This document shows positions 48,351-57,992 of a DNA stretch of 64,000 nucleotides, in pieces; positions within the stretch are counted from its first letter, which is position 1; each line of letters begins with the position of its first letter. The notes under the pieces are model-generated. The model was not told the DNA's origin, did not search any database, and was given only the letters and a program-made list of their open reading frames with translations. A program made the translations under genes and the position numbers. This DNA is from Candidatus Kaiserbacteria bacterium (lineage in GTDB: Bacteria; Patescibacteriota; Minisyncoccia; Phycocordibacterales; Phycocordibacteraceae). Location: NCBI GenBank assembly GCA_963699165.1, contig OY969413.1, positions 141,984 to 205,983 of the forward strand. The letters are read 5' to 3'.

Positions 48351-48976
48351 TTATGGGTCCTCAATCGATTCGAACTCACTCGAGCCAGGGGCACCTATCG
48401 CCACCAAGTATGGTTGATTCCATATAAGGAACCCGATGCTCACAACAGAGAACTCGCCGAGGCAACGTTCCGCAGCAGAATGCTGGTATTTGAAGACGCC
48501 GTCGTTTTCCGTTCGAGGATAGCCGAGCGCGTGAAGGCAGACGCCCTGCGACACGGCGTATCGTCGGATCGCATATGCAGGTTCTTCGGCATAAGTCCAA
48601 AAACCGGAAACCGTATCGATTAAGTTCGGTACGGTTTTCCCTTTCCTATCAATTTGACAGGACATTGACCCAGTGTATTCTCGCAGCAGAGGGAGGTTGT
48701 CAATGAAAAAACATGGGATCCCAAGAGCATCGGACAGCGATTGCAAGATAGGCCGCGCGATTTCCGAAAGGGGGATATATAGTCGCAATCTTAGGAGCTT
48801 CTGGACAATACATCGTCATTTTCTTTGACAAGCAGCTCGATGAGCTTCGCGTTGCGGACTGTGTCGGCAACTACACGGAATGGGCAGGTAAATTCTATCT
48901 GGTCGGAAGAGCACGGTATGAGGACGTACCGGCGCCCAGCAAAGACGAGATGGAAGAGTTTGCCAACTATCTTCAA
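48351..48976 (-). other. Two abutting orphan ORFs (48791-48976, 48351-48788), possibly one frameshifted gene
   Basis: Different frames, both TTG starts, terminator 48295-48340. Confidence 0.3.
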
Positions 48977-49107
48977 TACATGGGCGACAATCTAACTCCG
49001 CGAAGACGCGGATCAGTGCTCGACGACTAAAGAGCGCATAACCCAACGGCCCCGCTCGAACGAGAGCGGGGTCGCATCCTTTTATAATTTCTCGGACGAC
49101 GGTATTC

Positions 49108-49653
49108 TTATGCCAATACTTTCTCGGTTATATCCTGCAGCAGTATTGACGACGCAATCAGGATAGGTCCGGCGATGAGCGCATACACGCCAAGCACCCA
49201 CGTAAACGCCAATCCTCCGGCCGCCGGATATGCGAGGACTGCGACGCCGGCTATCAAACTCAAAATGCCGGCAATGGCGAGGTATGTCCGCACCGCGCCG
49301 CCATATACGGTATCGAATGCAACGGCGATTTCAAAGATGCCGCGGGCGCAAAACAGAAATCCGATAAGCGTCACGAATGCGCCGACGGAAATGAGCGGAT
49401 GCGCGAGCGCATACACGCCGACGGCAATCTCCAATAGTCCCAACAGCAGCGCAAGAAACCAATACCGGTAGGTTTTTACGCCGACAAGACCCTGAACGAT
49501 GTTAATCACGCCCGAAACGAATATGTAGGCGGCAAAGATTATCGCGAGCGTAACCAGCGTAATCCCCGGCCAGACGACGGTTAGGACTCCGAAAAGAATT
49601 AAAAATATGCCCCGTAACAGTAGCAACCACCACACCTGTTGTATCATGGTCAT
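49108..49653 (-). CDS. HdeD/DUF308 family membrane protein
   Basis: WWLLLLRGI...FG...WPG, six TMs. Confidence 0.88.
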   Translation of the reverse strand: MTMIQQVWWLLLLRGIFLILFGVLTVVWPGITLVTLAIIFAAYIFVSGVINIVQGLVGVKTYRYWFLALLLGLLEIAVGVYALAHPLISVGAFVTLIGFLFCARGIFEIAVAFDTVYGGAVRTYLAIAGILSLIAGVAVLAYPAAGGLAFTWVLGVYALIAGPILIASSILLQDITEKVLA

Positions 49654-49765
49654 ACGATTTATTTTAGAGAAACGGGTTTGTAATTCTGCCTGAAAGCATA
49701 CAGCGCGCTATATCGGGTCAAGGCAAACTATGGTATAATATATGTGAAAATAACATTAATTAAAT

Positions 49766-50443
49766 ATGACCACTTCAAACGATGGATTGGTTGGATTTAT
49801 TCGAGGCACGTACGCGTGGATGTGCATCGGTCTGCTGGTAACGGCGGCAGCGGCTTTGATAGTTGCGATAACCCCCGGCTTGACCGATTTCTTCGACGGC
49901 AATATCTTGGTCTTTTACATTCTCATTTTTCTTCAAATTGTCGCCATGTTCTACCTCTCGATTGCCGCGCAAAAGGTGTCCGCCGCTTCCGCCGGCATGG
50001 TTTTTCTCCTGTATGCGGTATTAAACGGAATAACGCTTTCGCTCATTTTCCTCGTCTACACCGACAGTTCGATTGTGCTCGCGTTCCTCGTTGCCGCCGC
50101 AATGTTCGGCATTATGAGCATCTACGGATATTTCACAAAAATGGACTTAACCGCGGTGGGAAACATTGCCGGCATGGCTCTTGTCGGCATCATACTCGCA
50201 TCCGTCGTCAATTTGTTTTTCGCAAACGACACGATTTACTGGATTACGACCTATGCCGGAGTGCTTATCTTTGTCGGATTGACCGCGTACGATACCCAGA
50301 AGCTCAAGCAGTTGTATTTGGTCGGCGAGAGCACCGCCGATGGCGAGCGCAAAGAGGCGATAGTCGGAGCGCTGACCCTCTATCTCGATGTCATAAATCT
50401 TTTTCTCGACTTCCTTAGAATATTTGGAAAACGGCGGAATTGA
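49766..50443 (+). CDS. Bax inhibitor-1/YccA family protein
   Basis: TYAWMCIGLLVTA, LTAYDTQKLK, ALTLYLDVINLFL. Confidence 0.93.
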   Translation: MTTSNDGLVGFIRGTYAWMCIGLLVTAAAALIVAITPGLTDFFDGNILVFYILIFLQIVAMFYLSIAAQKVSAASAGMVFLLYAVLNGITLSLIFLVYTDSSIVLAFLVAAAMFGIMSIYGYFTKMDLTAVGNIAGMALVGIILASVVNLFFANDTIYWITTYAGVLIFVGLTAYDTQKLKQLYLVGESTADGERKEAIVGALTLYLDVINLFLDFLRIFGKRRN

Positions 50444-50596
50444 TAGACGTAGGAATCCTTCACGACCGGCACATCTTTTGCAAGGATTTGTGCAATACGA
50501 ACCGCATCGTCGAACTATATTTTTTCTTAAATCAAAACTCATTTTGGTTGAGATAAAATTCACCGCTTACTGCGATATCAATAACACAAAAACGCC

Positions 50597-50998
50597 ATGA
50601 GCAACCGACCCATACATTTTGAAGTTCAGGCCGATGATGCGGCGCGGGCAAAGACCTTTTACGAAAATGCCCTCGGCTGGAAAATCGAGAAATCGAAACT
50701 GCCCGAGGTTGGCATGGATTACTGGATGGTGATGACGGGCGAAGGGCCGGGAATAGACGGCGGATTGTATGAGCGGAAGGATAACCCGTTGCGAAAAATT
50801 ACAAGCTTCGACTGCACGATACTTGTCGATGATATTGATGCGGTGATTGCCGCGGTAAAGAACAACGGCGGCAGCGTCGAGCCGTGGGAGGGAAAAGAGA
50901 AATGGGAAATGAAAGGCATCGGCTGGTTCTCGCGCGCGACAGACACCGAAGGCAATGTGTTCGGTTTGCTTCAAGCCACCGATTGGAAGCCGGAGTGA
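50597..50998 (+). CDS. VOC/glyoxalase family protein
   Basis: IHFEVQADD..RA..FY...LGW, DTEGNVFGL. Confidence 0.9.
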   Translation: MSNRPIHFEVQADDAARAKTFYENALGWKIEKSKLPEVGMDYWMVMTGEGPGIDGGLYERKDNPLRKITSFDCTILVDDIDAVIAAVKNNGGSVEPWEGKEKWEMKGIGWFSRATDTEGNVFGLLQATDWKPE

Positions 50999-51160
50999 GC
51001 GTGAGCGGAAGCGAGCGTATTTGCTAAAATTGCCCGATGACCAAAAATAATTGCCGGCGGCATTGTTTGCATAAAAGAAAACCGCCCCTTCATCGCCCCT
51101 TCATCGTACTGAAGGGGCAGGTGTTAGGGCGGACGACGTAGCCCGATGCGGTTCGAGGTC

Positions 51161-51442
51161 TCATGGGGCACGTTTTTCGGCCATCAAATTTTCCTCCATG
51201 TCCTCAAGCGTCCGAAGTAAATCCTTGATGGAGAACTCGCAGTTCCTAAAGTCGGCCCCTCGTGACGCGACCCTCAGGGATTTAAGAGAAAAGGTTTGCG
51301 TTTCCCAATGCTCTTCACCTTTCCGGTCCCGATAGAGGAATTCAAGGTCCACTACGGGAACTCGAGCGAGGGTTGTGATTCGGGTGCCGAGATGAATCGC
51401 GGAAACAGCGGTCGCGTTCGTAGGTTTGTGTCCCCGACGCAT
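51161..51442 (-). CDS. Orphan protein (cassette)
   Basis: AAAGGAGG SD; terminator region 51070-51132. Confidence 0.55.
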   Translation of the reverse strand: MRRGHKPTNATAVSAIHLGTRITTLARVPVVDLEFLYRDRKGEEHWETQTFSLKSLRVASRGADFRNCEFSIKDLLRTLEDMEENLMAEKRAP

Positions 51443-51564
51443 TGAAACCTCCTTTGCGAAAGAGCAACTTACAGGCGGAGCATTTCATAATTCATGGCAT
51501 CGGTCAATCTTGCCGTAATGGTTCAATCTCGGAGTCGTATTGGGGAAAAATTAAGTCGATTGAA

Positions 51565-51712
51565 TATAAAAGACCGAGGCGCTATGTCCTCGGACTTGAG
51601 CCAGTTGCTGCACAGCAGTTTTACTTCCGTCCGGTGGAAAAGATAAAAACACCGGCGTCATCAGTTCACCGCCCAAGCAGCAACCCCTGTCATCTTTGTA
51701 CTTCGGTGCTCG
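51565..51712 (-). ncRNA. Candidate ~150-nt structured RNA with kink-turn
   Basis: Promoter TTGACT-17-TAGTAT; long stem with ACU-GAU-GA-CG / CG-GA-AGU; terminator 51571-51596. Confidence 0.5.
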
Positions 51713-51751
51713 CAAAGATACTACAGAAACTCAAAACGGCAGTCAAGTTTT

Positions 51752-51893
51752 TGTACGCGTCCAGTACTTTTGGCAGTCCCCGACGGTTAATGTACACACA
51801 ATATACCGCAAGGGGGACACCATGCCGAGCGACTGGTGCGGGCGTTTGGTGTTGTACCAGATCAGCCAGTCGACAAGCTTCAGATTGAAGGAA
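51752..51893 (-). mobile_element. IS481-like element copy 5, 142-bp terminal remnant
   Basis: Matches the first 142 bp of copies 1-4, cut by the IS3 end. Confidence 0.92.
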
Positions 51894-53052
51894 TGTACCG
51901 ACCCCTATTCTTCAGACCACTTCCTAGACGAGTGAAGATAGTGTACGGGTGATGTGCGATTTCGCAAACTCTCTCGGTGCCATCTTGAGTGTTGAGTGTA
52001 TACGCACGGTGTTGTACCGGTGAATTGTCTGATAGATTTCAGCAACAAGTTCACCAAGCGTATCGAAGCGATTGGGATCGCCCAGATCAGTTTTGAATTT
52101 TCCATAGAACGATTCTTGGTACCCGTTCTCCCACGGACAGCCCTTTTTTGAGCGAGAGATGCTGATGCCGAAATTGATGAGCATCTCTCGGAAGGATGCG
52201 GCATTGTATTCCACTCCGTTGTCGCTGTGAAAGATGGTGGGACGAGGATGGTTGAGAAGTGCCGCGCACAATGCCTGCGTCACAAGTACGGTTCCACCTC
52301 GCGTACCAATGGCGAGCCCAACGACACTTCGAGTGTATACGTCCATGGTGGTTGCCACACGAATGTCTTTCCCTTTGAAATACACATGAGTGAAATCAGC
52401 GACCCATGCTTGATGCGGATAGGCGGGTACAATCCGCATCAGGAGATTTGGATACTCCACGGCTTGTTTCCTTGATTTCCTCCACCGTCTTCCTCTTCTT
52501 CGATATGCTTTGATACCAAAGAGTCGCATGACTCTTTGAACCTTCTTTTTGTTCTCCTTGAGATACAGGGCAACTCTCCGGTATCCATACGAAGGAAACT
52601 CTCGAAGGACTTCTTCAATACGGCATTTGAGTGCCCAGTCTTTGTCAGGCTTCTTCTTTTGATACCAGAAGGTGGAACGAGCTATACCAAGAGTACGCGC
52701 TGTTGTGCGCGTACCAATCGGAGATTCTTTGCTCACTTCTTTTTTTGGGTTTCAGACAGCTTGAGCGTCATGAGTCCAACAAGACGAAGGAGTTCGTCAT
52801 TCTCTTTTCGAAGTCTCGCAATCTCAAGAACAGATGCGGTACCGTCTTGCACTTTCGCACCAAGCCAGCCATAGATGGTGGTCTCGTGGATACCATGCTC
52901 TTTGGCCGCTTGGGCGACAGTGACACCATCGTTCTTGATTCGATTAATGATTTGTTCCTTCACCTCAGGAGCGATGCGGTATTGCTTCATATGACGTCAT
53001 TCTAGCGGTTAATCCCGTCTAGAACATGGTCTGAAATTTGGGGGTCAGGTCA
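51894..53052 (-). mobile_element. IS3-family element (orfA 52733-52990, orfB 51924-52736)
   Basis: 26-bp IRs TG..GACCCC..TTCAGACCA; orfA HTH; orfB WVADFT, HSDNG, ENGYQES; A7G slippery site at orfA end; no TSD. Confidence 0.92.
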
Positions 53053-54387
53053 GATGCAGGAGAGATAACCTATATGATACGCACGGGTGTCATTGAAGAC
53101 CTCAAGCTCGCCGCCTATCATTTTGAAAACACGCCCGAGGGTATTTGGATGCTTCAAATGGCACTCTCACAATCTCAATACGAAAGCGCAAAGAAGGGGC
53201 GCGATGTGAAGCGTGGACTTATGCAGAAAGCAAAAATGGGTGTTTATCCTGCGCCCGCGTCCATCGGCTATATGAATGACAAGCACGCCGAAAAGGGATA
53301 CAAGACCATCCACGCGGACCCCGAACGCTTTGACATCGTGCGGAAGATGTTTGACCTGATGCTCGCAGGTGCGCATACGCCACCGCGTATTTTGGAGATT
53401 GCGACGAAAGAGTGGGAGCTACGGATGCCGAAAGGAAAACCTTTGAGCCGAAGCAATGTCTATCTGCTTTTTACACGCGAGTTCTACTACGGCGAGTTTG
53501 AGTACCCTGTAGGAAGCGGCAACTGGCACAAAGGCGTCCATAAGCCGATGATTACGCGCGAGGAGTTTGACCGCATACAAGTATTGCTCGGCAGGAGAAG
53601 CAACCCACGCCAGAAACGGCACGAGATTATGTATCGCGGTCCGATAAAGTGTGGCGAGTGCGGCTGTATGATTACTGCCGAGGAAAAAACGAAGTATCAG
53701 AAAAACGGCAATAAGCACGATTACACCTACTATCATTGCACCAAGCGTAGGGACCCGAACTGCAAGCAACCCCCGATTGAAGAAGCCGAGCTTGAAAAGC
53801 AGATTGCCAAAGAGGTTGGCTCTATAGAGATACCCGAGGACTTCACAAAATGGGCTCTGGCACGCCTTCGGGAGATGAATACGCAGGAGGTATCTGACCG
53901 AGACCGCATCTACGGCTCGCAGAGGCGCGAATACGAGGGATGTGTGCGTAAGATAGATAACCTCATTGATATGCGTGCCAATAACGAACTCACAGAGGAT
54001 GAGTTCAAGGGCAGAAAGCAAACACTCCTTGCTGAAAAGGAGCGACTTGCCTCACTGCTCAAGGATACTGACAAGCGCGTAGAGAACTGGCTTGAGATTG
54101 CCGAGCGCGGTTTCAACTTTGCAGAGAAAGCGGCGGCTATTTTTGCCGAAGCGAAGGAGAATGACGACATTGAGACGCGCAAAGAGATTTTTGCCTCATT
54201 AGGTTCGGACCTCATCTTGAAAGACAAAATACTAAGCATTGACTGGGATAATCTGCTGTTCCCGATACAAACAATGGCAAAAGAAGTCCGCGCCGTTCAC
54301 GCAGAGTTAGAACCTGTAGAAAACTCAGTAAATACAAAGGATTATGGCGAACTCTACTCTCAAAATCCTATCTTGCTCCGGCGGTAG
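53053..54387 (+). pseudogene. Large serine recombinase lacking its N-terminal catalytic segment
   Basis: Recombinase domain (GYMN, FYYG, HKPMIT.EEF), Zn ribbon CGECG..YYHC..C, coiled coil; no Y.R.S motif; IS3 abuts 5' end. Confidence 0.85.
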
Positions 54388-54447
54388 GATTCGAACCTAC
54401 AACCAACGCCTTAACAGGGCGCTGCTCTACCATTGAGCTACACCGGA
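54376..54447 (-). tRNA. tRNA-Asn(GTT), CCA not encoded
   Basis: TCCGGTG acceptor, GCTC/GAGC D-arm, GCGCC-CTGTTAA-GGCGT anticodon arm, GTAGG-TTCGAAT-CCTAC T-arm. Confidence 0.97.
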
Positions 54448-54499
54448 ATATATAGCGAACTTATGCATTCTAACCGAAAAATCATAGTCCGCAATGGTA

Positions 54500-55579
54500 T
54501 GTACGCGTCCAGTACTTTTGGCAGTCCCCGACGGTTAATGTACACACAATATACCGCAAGGGGGACACCATGCCGAGCGACTGGTGCGGGCGTTTGGTGT
54601 TGTACCAGATCAGCCAGTCGACAAGCTTCAGATTGAAGGAATGAATATCGTCCCGCAGCAGGCCCCGATTCAGCATGATGAAGTCCTCGGAGACGGTGCG
54701 ATTGAATCGTTCGACGTGGGCATTCATCTTGGGAGTGCGGGGGCGGGTGTGAAAGTGCGTGAGCCCGAGTTCGGCACAGGCATCCTCGAAGTGTTTGGCG
54801 AACTCGCTCCCGTTGTCGGTCTGCAACTCGTCGATATCGAAGGGGCAAACCTCGATGACTCGGCGAAGGAAGTCGTCCGCGCTTCTCGACGAGTGGTTCG
54901 TATACGCGCCCGCAAAGGCGAACTTCCGCTCCACGTCCACTGCCGTGAGGACGTACCGCTTCACGCCGTCGATGAAGCGTACGACGGTATCGAGCTCCAT
55001 GCCGCGCTTGCCGGTGCGGCGAAGCTTGGTACGGCGTTTCTGCGGTGTTTCCGTGTGATTGCCCGTACGTGCGTGGAACGAGAGCCGGCTCTGCTGCGGG
55101 AGCAGACCGCGGTTCTTCAAATCCAGAATGACCCGCCCAACGTATGACTCCGACACGGAGTACCCTTCTTCGCGCAGGAGAACGGCAAGCTTTGCTTTCC
55201 CAAGCCGGGGATGCGCCTGTCGTTCGCGGATGATGAAATCCTCGACCTCGGGCAGAACAGTCCTCCTTCGACGCGCCTTCGGCGCAGTGCTCTTCGGGTC
55301 AAGTGCATCAATGCGGCCCTCGTGGGCTTTGAGTTCCTCCTTCCAGCGATACAAGGTGCGCTCCGAGGTGCCAAAGGCGTCGTATGTGGCCTCCGTCCCG
55401 TGCATGTCCCAGAATCCCAATATCTTCACCCGTCTGTCGACTTCCTTTGGTTTCCGCATATGCCGCAATCGTATCGTCCTTTCCCACATGCTCAACCAGC
55501 CCTTCGTACCCCTGAAATTGCTTCTGATGCGCATATATCCTCGGTTATGAGGACTGCCAAATGTATCTGAACTTATGCA
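54500..55579 (-). mobile_element. IS481-like element copy 4
   Basis: Near-identical to copy 1; TSD TGGTA at 54495-54499 and 55580-55584; transposase 54482-55534 ends ...TRT-YHCGL*. Confidence 0.95.
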
Positions 55580-55603
55580 TGGTAGAATATGCGCGGCAGA
55601 CAT

Positions 55604-55822
55604 ATGTATATAAAAGTATTCGTTACTCCCGGGGCGAAACGAGAAAAGGTTGAAGAGAAAGGCGAGACGCTCGCCGTTTCGGTCCGCGAACCGGCGGCGG
55701 GGAACCGGGCAAATGACCGCGTCCGCGCGGTCATTGCCGAGCGGCTCAGCGTGCCGTTTGGCAAAGTGCGCATCCTGACAGGACACCGTTCAAGAGCTAA
55801 AATGATAAGCGTTACCAACTGA
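55604..55822 (+). CDS. DUF167 (YggU/UPF0235) family protein
   Basis: VFVTPGAK, VREPAAGNRAN, GHRSRAK. Confidence 0.88.
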   Translation: MYIKVFVTPGAKREKVEEKGETLAVSVREPAAGNRANDRVRAVIAERLSVPFGKVRILTGHRSRAKMISVTN

Positions 55823-55833
55823 CCTTTCCTCGT

Positions 55834-56196
55834 ATGAATATCACCATCAAGGCGACTGACAAACCGTTAAGCACGGAAGCGCAGCTTTTTATTGAAAAGA
55901 AATTTTCCGCGCTGGAAAAACTTGTTGGGAGTTCAACCGATTCGGCATTGCTCGCGTGCGAAATCGACGAACCGGTCGAGCTTGCGCGTGACGGGCTCAA
56001 GTTTCGAGTCGAAGGAAATCTTACCGTTGACGGGAAATTGTATCGCGCCGAATCGAGAAGCGTCACGCTCGAAGGCGCGGTTGACGGCGTGCGCGACGAC
56101 CTCATGCGCGACCTGCGCACTTCGCGCGGCAAGCAGCGCGGGCTCGTGCGCCGCGGCGGAGCGGCGCTGAAGCAGATGCTTCGTTTCGGCCGCTAG
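55834..56196 (+). CDS. raiA: Ribosome hibernation factor HPF/RaiA
   Basis: MNITIKA..L.....FIEKK, FRVEGNL, AVDGVRDDL. Confidence 0.82.
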   Translation: MNITIKATDKPLSTEAQLFIEKKFSALEKLVGSSTDSALLACEIDEPVELARDGLKFRVEGNLTVDGKLYRAESRSVTLEGAVDGVRDDLMRDLRTSRGKQRGLVRRGGAALKQMLRFGR

Positions 56197-57116
56197 TCGT
56201 CGCGCAATCCCGACGGCGCATTGTTTTTCGCGAAGTCGCCGTAATTCATTTCGCGTTTGCCCTCCGGCACAACGCGCTCGATGACGAACTTTCCGTTCGT
56301 GAAATGCGCGACGACGATTTTTATGCGTTTGCCCTGCGCGAAAAAATACGTGCCGATGCTGTCGGCGTATGCGCGGTATTTGTTCCAGTTTGCTTCCGCG
56401 GGCGCGTCGAGCGAAAGCAGGCCGTCTTCTTTCGAGAGTTTGCGCGAGCGCGTGGCTTTTGAAGCGTCCTGCGCAATCGGCGTGATGTCGCCGCGCTCAA
56501 ATGCCGGCAAGGTGTCGGCGAGAAGATTCGCGCCGAGCGCGATGAGCCGCGGACGAAGTTCTCGCGCCGTGTCGGAGAGCGCAATCGGCGTCGCTGCTTG
56601 CGCGATGATATCGCCTGCATCGAGTTCTTTCACCATCTTCTGCACCGTAACGCCCGTTTCTTTTTCGCCTGCAAGAAGCGCGCCTTCAAGCGGCGTTGCG
56701 CCGCGGTATTTCGGCAGAAGTGAATAATGCACGTTCAATACGCCGAGCGGAAAGGCGTCAATCAATTCCTGAGGAAAAATTTTTCCATAGGCGACGACGA
56801 CGGCATATTCGCAGCCGTGCTCGCGAATGGCCGCAACGGTTTCCGCGTCGAGCGAAAGCGGCGTACTAACCGTGAGTCCGCGGTCGAGCGCGAGCATCTT
56901 CGTTTCCGACGGCGTGAGTTCGAGCCCGCGGCCGCGCGGCGCGTCCGGTGAAGTAATAATGAGAGCCGGTGAAAAGCCGCGCTCAATGAGAATCGCGAGC
57001 GTGTCGCTCGCAACTTTCGGCGTGCCAAAGTACGCGAAGCGAAGCGGAGTCCCTTCGCTCGTCCGCGAGCGTTGTTGGACAAATTTTTTATGTGACGGCG
57101 GCATGTTCAACATCAA
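56193..57116 (-). CDS. fmt: Methionyl-tRNA formyltransferase
   Basis: YFGTP, PDAPRGRG, VVAYGKI, NVHYSLLPKYRGATP, LDAGDI. Confidence 0.95.
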   Translation of the reverse strand: MMLNMPPSHKKFVQQRSRTSEGTPLRFAYFGTPKVASDTLAILIERGFSPALIITSPDAPRGRGLELTPSETKMLALDRGLTVSTPLSLDAETVAAIREHGCEYAVVVAYGKIFPQELIDAFPLGVLNVHYSLLPKYRGATPLEGALLAGEKETGVTVQKMVKELDAGDIIAQAATPIALSDTARELRPRLIALGANLLADTLPAFERGDITPIAQDASKATRSRKLSKEDGLLSLDAPAEANWNKYRAYADSIGTYFFAQGKRIKIVVAHFTNGKFVIERVVPEGKREMNYGDFAKNNAPSGLRDD

Positions 57117-57618
57117 CTAAATTTTCCGCATGGTCGATAAACAAAATGCCGTTTAGATGGTCGATTTCGTGTTCGAAGATTTGCGCCATCAGCCCGCCCG
57201 CGCCGCGTTCCACTTTCGAACCGTCCGGACGCCGCGCGCGAATCGTGACGCGCTCGTGCCGATCGGTAATCCCATATATGCCGCGGACGGAGAGGCATCC
57301 TTCGTCGGAACGCTTACGTTTGCGCGAGGTTTTTACGATTTCAGGATTTATGTATGCTTCGACTTCGGGAGCCGGGGAGCCGGTTTCCCGTGAGTCCTCG
57401 TGCGGAGGAGGAAGCGTACGGTCCTTTCGCACGATGAAAATCCGATAAGGAATGCCGATTTGCGGCGCGGCGAGCGCAACGCCTTCAAGGTACGGGTCAA
57501 GCGCCTCTTCCATGTCATTGAGGATGCCCGCAAGTTCCGCCGAGCCGAAAAGATCTTCCGGAAGCGGTTTTGCTATGCCGCGCAGTATTGGCGCGCCGTC
57601 CTGCACGATGTTCTTCAT
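57088..57618 (-). CDS. def: Peptide deformylase
   Basis: GVALAAPQIG, EGCLS, HEIDHLNG. Confidence 0.96.
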   Translation of the reverse strand: MKNIVQDGAPILRGIAKPLPEDLFGSAELAGILNDMEEALDPYLEGVALAAPQIGIPYRIFIVRKDRTLPPPHEDSRETGSPAPEVEAYINPEIVKTSRKRKRSDEGCLSVRGIYGITDRHERVTIRARRPDGSKVERGAGGLMAQIFEHEIDHLNGILFIDHAENLVDVEHAAVT

Positions 57619-57702
57619 GATTGCAAATATAGCAAAAATTTTGGCGGTGCGGGCGAACATTTTGCAAAGCAAAATGTTCGCCCAATGCGTGCAGGGCGCG
57701 CA

Positions 57703-57990
57703 TCAGGGGTGTTTCGTCGGGTCCAATTCCCACCAGAATTTTTTTCCGAAATTTTTCGCCTGGCTGCAAACGCTTTTTAAATAGTACAGGTCTTGCGTCG
57801 GGATTTTTTCGAGCACGGTGCCGAGGTGCGCCATCGTCATCGGCGGCAATCCGTCATGCGATCGGGAATAATTCAAATGCCGCAGGAAAAATCGCATGAG
57901 CTCGCCGCGCTCGGTTTGGCGCTTCCGTCCTTTCGGCGCTTCGGCCGCTTTCTTTTCAAAGTCCGGCAGAAAATCACCGATGGGTTTCAT
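57703..57990 (-). CDS. Hypothetical protein
   Basis: 95-aa ORF in operon after murA; DLYYLKSVC, KKFWWEL. Confidence 0.7.
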   Translation of the reverse strand: MKPIGDFLPDFEKKAAEAPKGRKRQTERGELMRFFLRHLNYSRSHDGLPPMTMAHLGTVLEKIPTQDLYYLKSVCSQAKNFGKKFWWELDPTKHP

Positions 57991-57992
57991 TT

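Noticed and set aside
51083-51105. 11-bp tandem duplication CGCCCCTTCAT in a terminator
   Set aside because: Simple slippage duplication with no evident function
51620-51670. Hammerhead ribozyme (CTGATGA, stem, GAA)
   Set aside because: GAAG rather than GAAA and no stem III/UH cleavage site; kink-turn pairing explains the motif better
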